A stretch of DNA of 64,000 bases from Candidatus Kapaibacterium sp. (lineage in GTDB: Bacteria; Bacteroidota; Ignavibacteria; Kapaibacteriales; UBA2268): NCBI GenBank assembly GCA_963665665.1, contig OY762428.1, forward strand, positions 992,001-1,056,000, given 5' to 3'. Positions 8,505-19,900 of the stretch are shown here, piece by piece (the first letter of the stretch is position 1; each line of letters starts with the position of its first letter). Below the pieces are notes generated by a model. That model was not told the origin of the DNA. It was given only the letters and a program-made list of their open reading frames with translations, and made no database searches. The position numbers and the translations under genes were made by a program.

Positions 8505-9595
8505 ACAATTCTCCTGCAATTACTGTTAAGTTTTGGGAATACTGTTTTATCAATTTTATCTGTCTCAATCATTGAATGATTAATATCCAACTTTTCTTCA
8601 AATACATCATTTCTGATAAATTTATATGTATCAAATCCGTGAGCTTCCGGATATAAACACAATCCGGACGCAAGGTTCAGAAGGGAAATCATTCCTATTC
8701 CGCTTTCATAAGCTGAACTTAAAATAATTCTTTTTTTGTTTGCATCAGCATATTGTTTTAATTCAAATACTGTTTTCAGGCTTCCGGTTATTGATGGTTT
8801 GATAATAAAAACATCAGCCTGGGATTTTAAATATTCATCATTAGGATTTTCTGCCAGGCTTTCGTCTATTGCAATTTTAAGCCCGGTTTCCTTTTTAATT
8901 TTCTCAATATATTTATGTGGTTCGGTTACCGGCTCTTCAACATAATCAATCATATCGGTTGGAAGCTTTTTCAGAAATTTTACTGACTGATGAAACTCAG
9001 TCCTTCTGTTCAAATCAAGCCGTATCTTCAAATTATTTAATTTGCTATCTATTTGCAGCTGCTGAAGAAAGGATATCTCCTTTTCTTCTCCTGATACTTT
9101 TAGTTTTATCGCTCTGTAGCCTGTTTCATACAATTTATTTATCTTCTGAATGCTCACATCATTAAGTTCCGGTACAAGTGCATTCAATGCTATAGCTTTG
9201 TCCGGTGAATCATTCAGAAATCCGGCAGGTGTTTTCCCGGATGCCGCTGCGAAGAGATTCCACAAAGCACATTCCAAACCAAAAACTGCTGCCGGATACA
9301 GATTATATTTCTCGATAATACTATAATTAGATATCAAACCATTCAAATCAGGATTGTCATCTATTGATATTAGATTAACTATATAAGTTAAATCGGATAT
9401 TAAAATTTTTTCGTCAGGAATTGCTCCGGGAAGGAATGCCATATCACCAAACCCTGCATATCTATCCTGATATAATTTAATGATATAGCCTTTTCGGCTA
9501 TCGGCGAATCTGTTGAAAAACCAGGCCGGCTTTTTAAAATCTATATTATATGAGTAAAGTTCGAATTTCAAGTTAGTTCTCAGTTTATTTATCAT
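8501..9595 (-). CDS. menC: o-succinylbenzoate synthase
   Basis: Enolase-superfamily KLKV, RLDLN, YVEEP, IAIDES, IKPS and SSAYESGIG motifs; adjacent to menE. Confidence 0.85.
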   Translation of the reverse strand: MINKLRTNLKFELYSYNIDFKKPAWFFNRFADSRKGYIIKLYQDRYAGFGDMAFLPGAIPDEKILISDLTYIVNLISIDDNPDLNGLISNYSIIEKYNLYPAAVFGLECALWNLFAAASGKTPAGFLNDSPDKAIALNALVPELNDVSIQKINKLYETGYRAIKLKVSGEEKEISFLQQLQIDSKLNNLKIRLDLNRRTEFHQSVKFLKKLPTDMIDYVEEPVTEPHKYIEKIKKETGLKIAIDESLAENPNDEYLKSQADVFIIKPSITGSLKTVFELKQYADANKKRIILSSAYESGIGMISLLNLASGLCLYPEAHGFDTYKFIRNDVFEEKLDINHSMIETDKIDKTVFPKLNSNCRRIV

Positions 9596-9852
9596 CGTTA
9601 TTCAAGATCAACAGGTATGATTAACTTTTCCAATTGCAATAATTCAAAGTCCGCTATTACAACTCAAAATACTTAATTTACAAACTATCGCCAAGCCCGG
9701 TAATGGAAAATGTCATTTTTTTTCGATTTGTCCTTTTAAATGCTTTTGATTATATTGTTCAGGAAATTTGAATTCAAAGAATTGTAATTCTAAGAATCAA
9801 AATTCTCTTTCGGGCCGGCAACAATAATTATTGAATTATATGGGAAAAACTC

Positions 9853-11400
9853 ATGAAAATGTATTCCCGGCTAAAATCCGCGTCAGTTTACGGTATTGAT
9901 GCTTTTATTGTTGAAATAGAAACCCATCTGGATAACCAGGTTCCGGCTTTTACTATTGTTGGGCTGCCGGATTCTGCCGTTAAAGAATCACGAGACAGAG
10001 TTTCTGCTGCCATAAAAAATTCCGGTTTCATATTTCCGAATAAAAAAATTACTGTCAATCTTGCCCCGGCAGATGTGAAAAAAGAAGGCAGCGCTTTTGA
10101 TCTGCCAATTGCTCTTGGTATTCTTGCCGCTCTTAATAATATACCACCTGATATACTTGATAATACCCTTACTCTTGGCGAACTTGCCCTGGAAGGATTT
10201 CTGAGACCGGTTCACGGCAGCCTGTCGATAGCAGTGGAAGCACTAAAGCAGGGTTTCACCAGGATAATACTGCCAAAGGAAAATGCCGAGGAAGCTGCAC
10301 TTGTTGAAGGGCTTGATGTTATTCCTGCCGATTCCTTATACCAGGTAGTACAATACCTGAATGGCGATATGGAAATTGAAACCCTGAAAGTTGATATTAA
10401 ATCAATTTTCGAGCAGGGGCATCATGACTTTTCGATGGATATGTCTGATGTGAAAGGTCAGGAAAATGTGAAAAGAGCTTTGGAAGTAGCGGCTGCCGGA
10501 GGCCACAATATGCTGATGATAGGGCCTCCCGGATCCGGGAAAACCATGCTGGCCAAGCGTATTCCGGGGATACTTCCTTCACTTGACCTTGGGGAAGCCC
10601 TGGAAACAACAAAAATACATTCGGTGGCAGGTATACTGGCCGGCGGTATTTCATTACTGACGGAAAGGCCTTTCCGTTCGCCACATCATACCATTTCCGA
10701 TGCAGCCCTGGTGGGTGGCGGAATGGGCAAGATAAGGCCCGGAGAGATTTCTCTTGCCCATCATGGAGTATTATTTCTCGATGAATTGCCCGAATTCGCA
10801 AGGAATGTATTGGAAGTTCTCCGCCAGCCGCTTGAAGAAAAAAACATCACAATTTCCAGGACAAAAATGACAGTTGAATATCCTGCGAACTTCATGCTGG
10901 TATGTTCAATGAATCCCTGCCCCTGCGGTAATTTCGGCAGCCCCACCCAGGAGTGTACATGCACACCCATGCAGATACAGCGCTACAGCGGAAAGATAAG
11001 CGGCCCGCTGCTGGACAGAATAGATATTCATACCGAAGTGCCCGTAGTTAAATACCAGGAACTTAGCTCGGCAAGGCTGGGGGAACCATCCGAAAAAGTA
11101 AGGGAAAGAGTAGTAAAAGCCCGTGAAATGCAGTCCGAAAGATTCTCCCAAATACCGGGAATATATAAGAATGCCGATATGAATTCCAAGGCTATTAGGG
11201 AGTTTTGCCCTCCGGATGAAGCGTCGAAAGAATTGCTGAAAATGGCAATGAATAAACTTGGATTGTCTGCCCGGGCTTACGACAGGATTTTAAAAGTATC
11301 ACGTACAATAGCAGACCTGGCAGGCAGTGCAGATATAAAACCTGAACATGTTAGCGAAGCAATACAATACCGAAGCCTGGACAGGGAATACTGGAGGTAG
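9853..11400 (+). CDS. comM: YifB/ComM family Mg-chelatase-like AAA+ ATPase
   Basis: VGLPDSAVKESRDR, GPPGSGKT, PFRSPHH, LFLDELPEF, NPCPCG, SARAYDRILKV. Confidence 0.92.
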   Translation: MKMYSRLKSASVYGIDAFIVEIETHLDNQVPAFTIVGLPDSAVKESRDRVSAAIKNSGFIFPNKKITVNLAPADVKKEGSAFDLPIALGILAALNNIPPDILDNTLTLGELALEGFLRPVHGSLSIAVEALKQGFTRIILPKENAEEAALVEGLDVIPADSLYQVVQYLNGDMEIETLKVDIKSIFEQGHHDFSMDMSDVKGQENVKRALEVAAAGGHNMLMIGPPGSGKTMLAKRIPGILPSLDLGEALETTKIHSVAGILAGGISLLTERPFRSPHHTISDAALVGGGMGKIRPGEISLAHHGVLFLDELPEFARNVLEVLRQPLEEKNITISRTKMTVEYPANFMLVCSMNPCPCGNFGSPTQECTCTPMQIQRYSGKISGPLLDRIDIHTEVPVVKYQELSSARLGEPSEKVRERVVKAREMQSERFSQIPGIYKNADMNSKAIREFCPPDEASKELLKMAMNKLGLSARAYDRILKVSRTIADLAGSADIKPEHVSEAIQYRSLDREYWR

Positions 11401-11415
11401 AATATCGATAGAATT

Positions 11416-12012
11416 TCAGTCAAAATTTCTTTTTAGTTCAATTGCTTCGGCAAGCATACCAAGATAGAGCCCTTTGGGAATTTCAACAGCACCGAGATTT
11501 TCCGTGTGACGGTTCAGGTATTGTGAATCCAACAGTAAATAATTTCTTGCCTTCAATCTTTCAACCAGGAAATAGAATGCTGCTTTTGACGCGTCATTCA
11601 GAGTCGTGAACATTGATTCCCCGAAGAAGGCTCCCCCGATAGCAACTCCATAAAGCCCGCCTACCAACTTACCGTCGCATCTTGTTTCCACAGAATGTGC
11701 ATACCCTAACTTATGAAGTTCACAGTAGAGATCAATCACAACATCGGATATCCATGTATCTTCTCGGTCTGAACATGCCAAAATAACGTCAGAAAAATCT
11801 TTGTTAACTGTGAAAGAATAGTCGTACTTTCTGATGGATTGCTTTACCGAGCGTGGTATCTTTAATGCTTTGAAAGGAAAAACAGCTCTTGGGTCGGGGC
11901 TGTGCCAGTAAATATCTCCGTCCTTCGATTCTGCCATTGGGAAGAATCCTATCTTGTATGCGTATATCAGTTCGTCAATAGTAATAGTATCGTTCAAATT
12001 GCCCGCCATCAT
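11416..12012 (-). CDS. aat: Leucyl/phenylalanyl-tRNA--protein transferase
   Basis: AYKIGFFPMA, WHSPDPRAV, GYAHSVE, GGLYGVAIGGAFFGESMF, ASKAA. Confidence 0.95.
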   Translation of the reverse strand: MMAGNLNDTITIDELIYAYKIGFFPMAESKDGDIYWHSPDPRAVFPFKALKIPRSVKQSIRKYDYSFTVNKDFSDVILACSDREDTWISDVVIDLYCELHKLGYAHSVETRCDGKLVGGLYGVAIGGAFFGESMFTTLNDASKAAFYFLVERLKARNYLLLDSQYLNRHTENLGAVEIPKGLYLGMLAEAIELKRNFD

Positions 12013-12176
12013 TCTTCACTTCTAATGAAAGATAACATTCTTTTCGATTATTAAAAATATTTTTTTCATTTTGTATATACAAGTTGGATTAATTAATTCT
12101 GATAGTCCGTTTTTTTATTTAAACTTTTCTTATGTAATTTGAATGAAATAATTACAAAGTAATTGGAAGATATTAT

Positions 12177-12905
12177 TTGTATCAAGAAATAAAAAAAGCA
12201 TTGAAGAAACTTATTCCGGGTTCAGCTATTTATAAAGCAGAACCATTTCTTAGGTATTGGCATTACCTATATCTAAAAGGCAATAAATACGAATGCAATA
12301 TCTGTGGCTCAGGATTGAAAACATTTATACCCCAGGGAAATCACCTTATTTGCCCGCGCTGCGGCAGCATTGGCAGAACCCGGAGGCTTTGGAATATCCT
12401 GAATAATTATTTGTACGGAAATAAAAAAATCTTGGATTTTTCTCCTTCACGCAGCCTGTACAGGAAAATGAAGGATATGAGCCTCGATTATACCGGTTCA
12501 GACCTGTCAGGTGATTTTCTGTCAGATGTTTCGTATGATATATGCAATATTGATAGCAACAAGGAAACTTATGATCTGATAATATGCTATCATATTCTTG
12601 AGCATATTCCTGATGATAAAATGGCAATGCAGGAGTTATTTCGGGTTCTAAAGTCGGGCGGGTTGTGCATTATTCAGACTCCGTTCAAAGATGGTGATAT
12701 ATACGAGGATGAATCAATCCAAAATCCAGATGACAGGAAAAAGCACTTCGGCCAGGAGGATCATGTCAGGATATATTCCGTGTCAGGACTGAGGGACAGA
12801 CTAAGAAACTCCGGGTTTGAAGTTGATGTAAGGGAATATTCAGAATCAGACGGTAATAAATTTTGTTTCGATCCGGAACATATTGTTCTTATATGCAGGA
12901 AATAG
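12177..12905 (+). CDS. Class I SAM-dependent methyltransferase with Zn-ribbon
   Basis: CNIC...CPRC; YDLIICYHILEHIPDD; FGQEDHVRIY; TTG start uncertain. Confidence 0.8.
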   Translation: MYQEIKKALKKLIPGSAIYKAEPFLRYWHYLYLKGNKYECNICGSGLKTFIPQGNHLICPRCGSIGRTRRLWNILNNYLYGNKKILDFSPSRSLYRKMKDMSLDYTGSDLSGDFLSDVSYDICNIDSNKETYDLIICYHILEHIPDDKMAMQELFRVLKSGGLCIIQTPFKDGDIYEDESIQNPDDRKKHFGQEDHVRIYSVSGLRDRLRNSGFEVDVREYSESDGNKFCFDPEHIVLICRK

Positions 12906-13074
12906 TAAATTGTACATTGATCTTATAGAGAATTGCTTTTTCCTGTCGGAAACATATTATTTATTTGGAAACCAAAGCGTAATACATTTTTTCATAAAGC
13001 AGATTGAACAATAAATTCAATGTAATTTTGTATATTAATAATAATTGAAAAAACACTGAATTGCGGAGATAAAA

Positions 13075-14127
13075 ATGAAAAAACTGATAATTTTACTAAT
13101 ATTAATCCCATTTATGATTCAAAATTCTGCTGCAGATGAACTCAGGGCTTTTAAAATTTATAATAGCGACGGCGATGAAGTTAGTTTTGAAGAAATGGCG
13201 GAAGAATCCGGAGATGCAGATATTATTTTCTTTGGTGAGCTGCATAACAACACCATTTCTCACTGGCTTCAGCTGCAGATTACAAAAGCTATTTATGATG
13301 AGTACAAAGAAAAACTGCTTATCGGGGCAGAAATGTTCGAATCTGATGACCAGGTAAAAGTTGACGAATATTTTTCAGATGTAATCACTCAAAGCAGTTT
13401 CGAGAAGGAAGCAAGGCTATGGCCTAATTATAAAACCGATTATAAACCCATACTGGAATATGCTAAAAGAAACCAGTTGAAATTTGTTGCAACAAACATA
13501 CCCCGCAGGTATGCATCGCTTGTTTCAAAAAGGGGAATAGACAAACTTGATGAACTAAGCCCTGAAGCAAAAAAGTTCATCCCGCCACTGCCAGTGGAAA
13601 TGGATCTTGAGTTGCCCGGTTATAAAAAAATGGAAGAAATGTTCGGTGGAAACCATGGCCTGATGGGCAAATCTTCTAAAATGAAAACTAATGATAATAA
13701 AAAAGAAGAAAAACCCAGGATTCCAAAGAAAAATAAAATGGCTATAACACCTGATCCGGAAAAAGCCATATATTTGGAAACCAATCAGAAAAAAGGCCCT
13801 ATGGAGAAAAAAATGACTCCACAGAAAAAAGTCAGGAACCAGGTGATAGAAAATCTTAAAGCCGCTCAGGCTATCAAAGATGCAACTATGGCTCATTTCA
13901 TACTTGAAAATTATAAGAGCGGAGATAAATTCCTTCATCTGAACGGATCTTTCCACTCAAACAATCACGAGGGTATTTGCTGGTTTGTAAAAAAGGACAG
14001 GCCGGACTTAAAAATCATAACAATTAATACAGAGTCTGTTAAAGATATCGATGAAATAACTGATGAGCAAAAGAAATCTGCTGATTTCATTATCCTTGTT
14101 CCTTATGACATGACAACAACATATTAA
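13075..14127 (+). CDS. ChaN family (heme-uptake/EreA-like) exported protein
   Basis: DIIFFGELHNN, GAEMFE, LWPNYKTDYKP, ATNIPRR, QAIKDATMA, NGSFHS. Confidence 0.85.
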   Translation: MKKLIILLILIPFMIQNSAADELRAFKIYNSDGDEVSFEEMAEESGDADIIFFGELHNNTISHWLQLQITKAIYDEYKEKLLIGAEMFESDDQVKVDEYFSDVITQSSFEKEARLWPNYKTDYKPILEYAKRNQLKFVATNIPRRYASLVSKRGIDKLDELSPEAKKFIPPLPVEMDLELPGYKKMEEMFGGNHGLMGKSSKMKTNDNKKEEKPRIPKKNKMAITPDPEKAIYLETNQKKGPMEKKMTPQKKVRNQVIENLKAAQAIKDATMAHFILENYKSGDKFLHLNGSFHSNNHEGICWFVKKDRPDLKIITINTESVKDIDEITDEQKKSADFIILVPYDMTTTY

Positions 14128-14146
14128 TTATTTTTCTGGGGAAAAA

Positions 14147-14974
14147 ATGTTGAATTATAGAATGATATTTAAAACCGGAATCGTTTCGCTAATTATGATC
14201 TTTGCCATCTCTTGCGAAACGTTGAAGGAGATAAACCTGTATTCTCCGTCAGATGACGCTAAACTTGGCAAACAACTAAATGAGGAAATAAAGAAAAATC
14301 CAAAGGAATATCCCGTTTACAGGAATACCTATGCTACAAATTATGTACAAAATATGCTTAACGAAATTGTTAAATCTCCTCTTATTAAATATCGGAAGCA
14401 ATTTGCATATAAAGTTACTTTGATAGACAACGATAAAGTTGTTAATGCATTTGCTACTCCGGGAGGTTATATTTATGTTTATACCGGATTGCTTAAACTG
14501 CTTGATAACGAGGCAACCCTGGCTGCAATAATTGCCCACGAGATAGCACACGCGGAACGCCGCCACAGTACCAAACGCATGACAAAAGCTTATGGGCTGC
14601 AGATGGCAGCCGATATTGCACTTGGAAAAGAGTCAGGGAAAACAGCCGAAGTAGCTGCAAATCTTTTTTCGGGACTGGCATTGCTGGAAAACAGCCGTGA
14701 TGATGAATATGAGGCTGACGAGTATTCATTTAAATATTTAAAATCAACAGGTAAATGGTATCCGGGTGGAATTGTATATTTCTTTGATAAAGTCAGCAGT
14801 GGTTCGAAAGGCGGAGGATCCGATGCTTTTAAAACTCTGCTTTCCACTCATCCGCTGGGCCCCGACAGGGTGAAGGCCGTTAATGAACTTATGAAAAAAA
14901 ATAATGTTCCTCCGCCGACGGAAAAAAATCTAAAAAGGCGTCCCTACCTGGAATTCAAGAAAAGATTGGATTGA
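14147..14974 (+). CDS. M48 family metalloprotease lipoprotein
   Basis: Lipobox AISC; NAFATPGG, HEIAH, SRDDEYEAD, LSTHP. Confidence 0.9.
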   Translation: MLNYRMIFKTGIVSLIMIFAISCETLKEINLYSPSDDAKLGKQLNEEIKKNPKEYPVYRNTYATNYVQNMLNEIVKSPLIKYRKQFAYKVTLIDNDKVVNAFATPGGYIYVYTGLLKLLDNEATLAAIIAHEIAHAERRHSTKRMTKAYGLQMAADIALGKESGKTAEVAANLFSGLALLENSRDDEYEADEYSFKYLKSTGKWYPGGIVYFFDKVSSGSKGGGSDAFKTLLSTHPLGPDRVKAVNELMKKNNVPPPTEKNLKRRPYLEFKKRLD

Positions 14975-15240
14975 TTGTTTTTGGAAATATTTTAACTACT
15001 TTCAAAAACTAAGTCTGCAATGGGCGGACAAAGTACAACTTACAGGAACATAAACATTGTCCAGCACTTGCAAGGGGCATATAATCGTATAAAATTTTGA
15101 TTCTATTTGGAAGTAATTTTCGAAAGATAGAAGTTGGGCAAGTTCTTTCACTGCATTACGTCGGGATTCGAAAATCGTGGCAATCAGTTTCAGAACAACG
15201 TCCCTCCTATCAATCTATGAAAACCGTGTGACAAAAAAAA

Positions 15241-16773
15241 TTAATCGGCAACAATGAATTTTTCAACAATCTGACTACCCTGAACAGAAATTCTAAAAAT
15301 ATATAATCCATTTGCCAATTGGCTGATATCAATAATTCTGTTCCGGATGGATTCACTTATAAACATGTCCCGGCTGACAACAGTCCGGCCTGTCAGATCA
15401 ATAATATTTATATGAGCATTAGCGGGAATTTCAGATCCAATGCTATAACTTAGAGTTTCAGAAGCAATTTTCTTATGAAGAACGAAATGCAATCCGTTTT
15501 CAAATTTTTCTTCAACGTTGGTAGGCCTTGGAATCAGCGGTATACGGCAGGCATTTAGTACTTCTCTTTGTTTGAATTCTCCTTTCCTGACCAGCGCTAC
15601 AATAATTTCGATCCTCGTGGGATCAATAGGGACGACATCGTAATCCAGGCCCTCGTTTCCATATACAGGCAGTGTGAAAGATGTCAGGTCAGACACCTTA
15701 TCACCGGGATCAATTTCATCAGGGAAAACATCTTCTTTTCCGAAAAATCCGTCCGGCTGATATTTACAAACATAATTGTGGGGATATTCAGGAATGGCAG
15801 ACCAGTACCCAAACAGTTCTTTCCAGTTATACCCGTATTCAGTCGCCTTCAGGCCGGGACATGCCTGTGCATAAGATGTATGGGAAGATGTACCGTCCGG
15901 GCCGATTACGGTATCCTGTGTCAGCACAATATAAAATCCCAGATCACCGGATGCATAGTCAGTAAATTCGGCCTGATAATCAATATCTACTTTTCTGGTC
16001 AGGGTATCGAAATTTACCGAAGCGGATATTGAAGCCGGCACATAATCTGTTTCTAACCTCTTGTTAATAGTAATATTAGCATCCTCGCAGACTTCGCTAA
16101 CCCCACCTCCGGCTTCAGCCTGATTTTCCGTATCCATAAACCTGTCAACGATAACACCGGATTGGTATAAAACATTAAAAATTGAATGAAAATTGCTGTA
16201 GGGATTATCTTTTTGCCATTCGCCAACTCCAACCGGCGCCTTGTTATAAACTACAACTGCAACATCATTCCTGTGCTCGTAAGCCAGGTTATGAATCTCC
16301 TCAATATGGTCAATACATCCACTGCATAGCACTCCACAGGCCATTTCGAGCAAAACCATTTTTTTCGAGGTTCCACCTATAGCCGTTCTTATTTTATATT
16401 CAGAGCGTGTTAATTCGCTGCCTTCGGTGTTTTCAATTTTAAGCAAAAGTATATGATTGCTGCCTGCGCCGCCAAAATTGTGTTCCAGTTCAATCTTACC
16501 GGTTTGTTCCTGGAGGGAATTTATCTCGCTGATAGTTTTTTTTATTTTCTGTTCGCTATCAATACTTATAGTCATCATATAATCTGCATCCCAGTTTGAA
16601 AGCAATTCCTGGGCAAATTCTATTTCTGTACTGTTTTCTCCTTCAATAACCCAGTTGTTTATTATGTAGCTTCCGGCCAGGTAATCATTGTTAACTTTAG
16701 CACTATTATTTCCAGCTATTAAATAAGGTATGGAAATTAAAAATACGATAAAAAAAGTATATAAAAATTTCAT
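15241..16773 (-). CDS. Omp28-related/thioredoxin-like protein with T9SS type A sorting domain
   Basis: Signal peptide; VLLEMACGVLCSGC; Omp28-like Y.HN.V; C-terminal IDISQLANGLYIFRI...KFIV. Confidence 0.65.
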   Translation of the reverse strand: MKFLYTFFIVFLISIPYLIAGNNSAKVNNDYLAGSYIINNWVIEGENSTEIEFAQELLSNWDADYMMTISIDSEQKIKKTISEINSLQEQTGKIELEHNFGGAGSNHILLLKIENTEGSELTRSEYKIRTAIGGTSKKMVLLEMACGVLCSGCIDHIEEIHNLAYEHRNDVAVVVYNKAPVGVGEWQKDNPYSNFHSIFNVLYQSGVIVDRFMDTENQAEAGGGVSEVCEDANITINKRLETDYVPASISASVNFDTLTRKVDIDYQAEFTDYASGDLGFYIVLTQDTVIGPDGTSSHTSYAQACPGLKATEYGYNWKELFGYWSAIPEYPHNYVCKYQPDGFFGKEDVFPDEIDPGDKVSDLTSFTLPVYGNEGLDYDVVPIDPTRIEIIVALVRKGEFKQREVLNACRIPLIPRPTNVEEKFENGLHFVLHKKIASETLSYSIGSEIPANAHINIIDLTGRTVVSRDMFISESIRNRIIDISQLANGLYIFRISVQGSQIVEKFIVAD

Positions 16774-16925
16774 AATCAACTCCACCCTATTTGAAATTTG
16801 TACCTAATTATTAAATATAACAGATGAAAATAAAATTAGGTACAAAAAAATATTTTTACTGCTTGCATTGATGAATCCAATTATTTATATTATTTTTTTT
16901 AATCATAATATTATTTAAGGTTGAT

Positions 16926-19900
16926 ATGAGAAATTCCATACTGCTGGTTCTCCTGGCAATTTTTGTATCCTGCGGCGGAAACGAGTTGAAGATTGTTAAC
17001 ACAAATCTTCCTGAAAACGGTGAAATAAGTATTCGACAGAATATCGAGATTGAGTTTAATAAAGAATTAGCAAATGACTCTCTTTTTTTGAATTCTGACA
17101 GCATTGACTACTTCAGATTTACTCCGGACCTCCCCGGAACATATAGCTGGCTGGACAATAAAACTTTGTCCTTTTCACCATACGAGGGTTTCGCCCCGAA
17201 TACAAAATACAAGATGGAAATCACTGAAAAAATATTAAGCCATTCAAAGGAAAAAATCGACCTCCCCGAAAAAAGGGTATTTGAATTCCATACGCCGCCG
17301 CTGAAATTGATTCACGCATCGGCAAAATGGGTTATGCCCGACAGCACTAATGGTATGCCTGCGCTGCTTGTTAACCTGCAATTCAACCATAAAATCAACC
17401 AGGCTGATTTAGATTCTCTGATGGAAATAACAATTAACGGCCAGGAACATTATTTTTCCACTCAGGATCCCGGCATTGGCAAAACTGCCAATGTTCTGCT
17501 GCGGGAGGACAACTACAGTGCAATTACCGACAAACCTATGGTGATAAAAATTGAAAAAGGGATGGAAATTATTAACGCCAATGATAAAATGGCAGAAGAT
17601 ATTATTTATGAGACTTCGGTTCCGGGGATTCATAAACTGGAAATAACCGGTTTGCAAACAAGTAAAGACATTTCAGAACTAACAGTTCAGCTGTTTACAA
17701 ACCAGAGTATATCAAGAAATCAGAAACTGAAAAATTTCATTAAGATAAAACCATCGGTAAAAATTGAATTTGAACAAAATGAATTCGGATTGCTCTTAAA
17801 AGGAGGATTTAACCCGGAAACGGTTTATGAAATTAAGGTTTCAAAAACTCTGAAAGGAGTATTTGGGAAAGAACTTGGCGAGGATTATCATGGATTTGCA
17901 GCTTTTAATGATGTACAGCCATTGGTAGAATTTACGGAAGCCAAAGCCATGTACCTTTCATCAAAATCAACAAAAAATGTTGGTATAAGGATTTATGGAG
18001 TGAAGGAATTTGAAGTTCAGGTAGTAAAAATATTTGAAAATAATATTCTTGGGTTTTCAAGGCGCGGTAAATCTTGGGGCTACAGTTATGACGAAGAAGA
18101 TAACTGGAATGAATTCAGATACTACCGGACGGGAAATTTCGGAGATGAGATTTATAAAGAAAAATTCCTGGCCAAAGACCTGCCGACAAAGTCCGGAATA
18201 AGCCTGCTGAAACTTGATTTTGAGGATATTATTAAAAAATACAAGGGTATCTATGTTGTAAAAGTTAAATCAACTGACAGCGAATGGCTCCAGGATTCGA
18301 AGATAATTTCCATTTCGGACGTAGGGCTGATAGTAAAGCGTGTTGAAGATCAGATTTTAGTATTTGCCAATTCAATAAAAACTGCCGAGCCTCTTGGCGG
18401 ATGCGATATTAAGATTTTCAGTACAACAAACCAGATGTATGCATCGCAAAAGACCAACTCGGATGGGATTGCAATATTTCAGGATTTTAACAACACGGGA
18501 GTGGAATTTGAACCGGGAATGATTTCCGGCGATTATAACGGAGATGTAAACTATCTGCTGCTGGATTACAAAAGCGAAGTAGATAAAACCCGCTTTGAAG
18601 GTACGGATGGAATCGACGGCAAGGGATACAAGACATTTATATATTCCAGCCGCAACCTATACAGGCCGGACGATACGCTTGTTATTGCCGGAATAATCAG
18701 GGATGAAGACTGGGGGACGGTAAAGGATATGCCCGTTAAAGCAGAACTGCTTTTGCCGAATTCAAAAGTTTATAAGGAAATGAAATTGAACCTGAATGCT
18801 CAGGGCGGTTTTGAAACTCAGGTTTACCTTCCCCGCACACTTGTTACGGGAATATATAATATTCGTGTTTCCCTGATGAACGGAACCGTTTTGAAAAGCT
18901 ATCCTGTGAGCATCGAGGATTTCGTGCCCGACAGGATAAAAGTTGAAATGGAATCAGACAAAAAAGAATATATAGCTCCTGATAAAATTATGATCAGCGC
19001 CAGGGTCAATAATTTATTCGGCCCGCCGGCAGCTAACAGGAAATATGAAATGAACTTTTCTTTCAGGAAGTCTGATTTCAGGCCGAAGGGATTCAGAAAA
19101 TATTCATTTGCTATCCATTCAGGAAGCGACCGCTTGCTGGATAATCAATTCACGACCGGAAAAACAGACGAGAAAGGGCTGGTTGAAGAAAACGCTTATA
19201 TTGACAGTGCACTTTCAGGTATGGGGCTGATAAAATGTAATGCAAATCTTACGGTTTTCGATGAGACCAACCGTACTGTTGACCGAAGCTTAGCTTTAAA
19301 TATATATACACAGGATGCCTTCAATGGTATTGGAGATTTTGATTACTGGGTTGAAACAAGAAAGAAAATCAAAATTCCGGTAGTAGCCGTGGATAAAAAT
19401 GGTAAAGCACTTAATAATCATAAGGCTACTGTAAAAATTTATAAATACGACTGGGAAACAGTTCTCCGCAGAAACCATAACGGCAGCTATTACTTTGAAT
19501 CCCAGAAGATTGAAAAACTGGTTATGGACAGGAAATTAAAAATATCAGGCAAAAACTATTTCTTTGCATATAGTCCGCAATTTTCAGGCAGATACCAGGT
19601 AAGGATTTACAACGAAGGATCTAATAATTATGTAAGCCGGAATTTCTATTCTTATTCCTGGGGAACAACAAGCAATAAATCCTTCGCAGTCGATCCCGAA
19701 GGTAAAATTGATATTACCTGCGATAAGGAAAAATATAATATCGGGGATAAGGCAAAAATACTATTCAAAACTCCCTTCCGCGGTAAATTGCTGGTAACGG
19801 TTGAAAGAGATAAAATACTGGATCACTTTATTATTGAAACCGATAAAAATGCCGCATCTTTAACTCTTGATATCAAAGAAGAACACCTGCCAAATATTTT

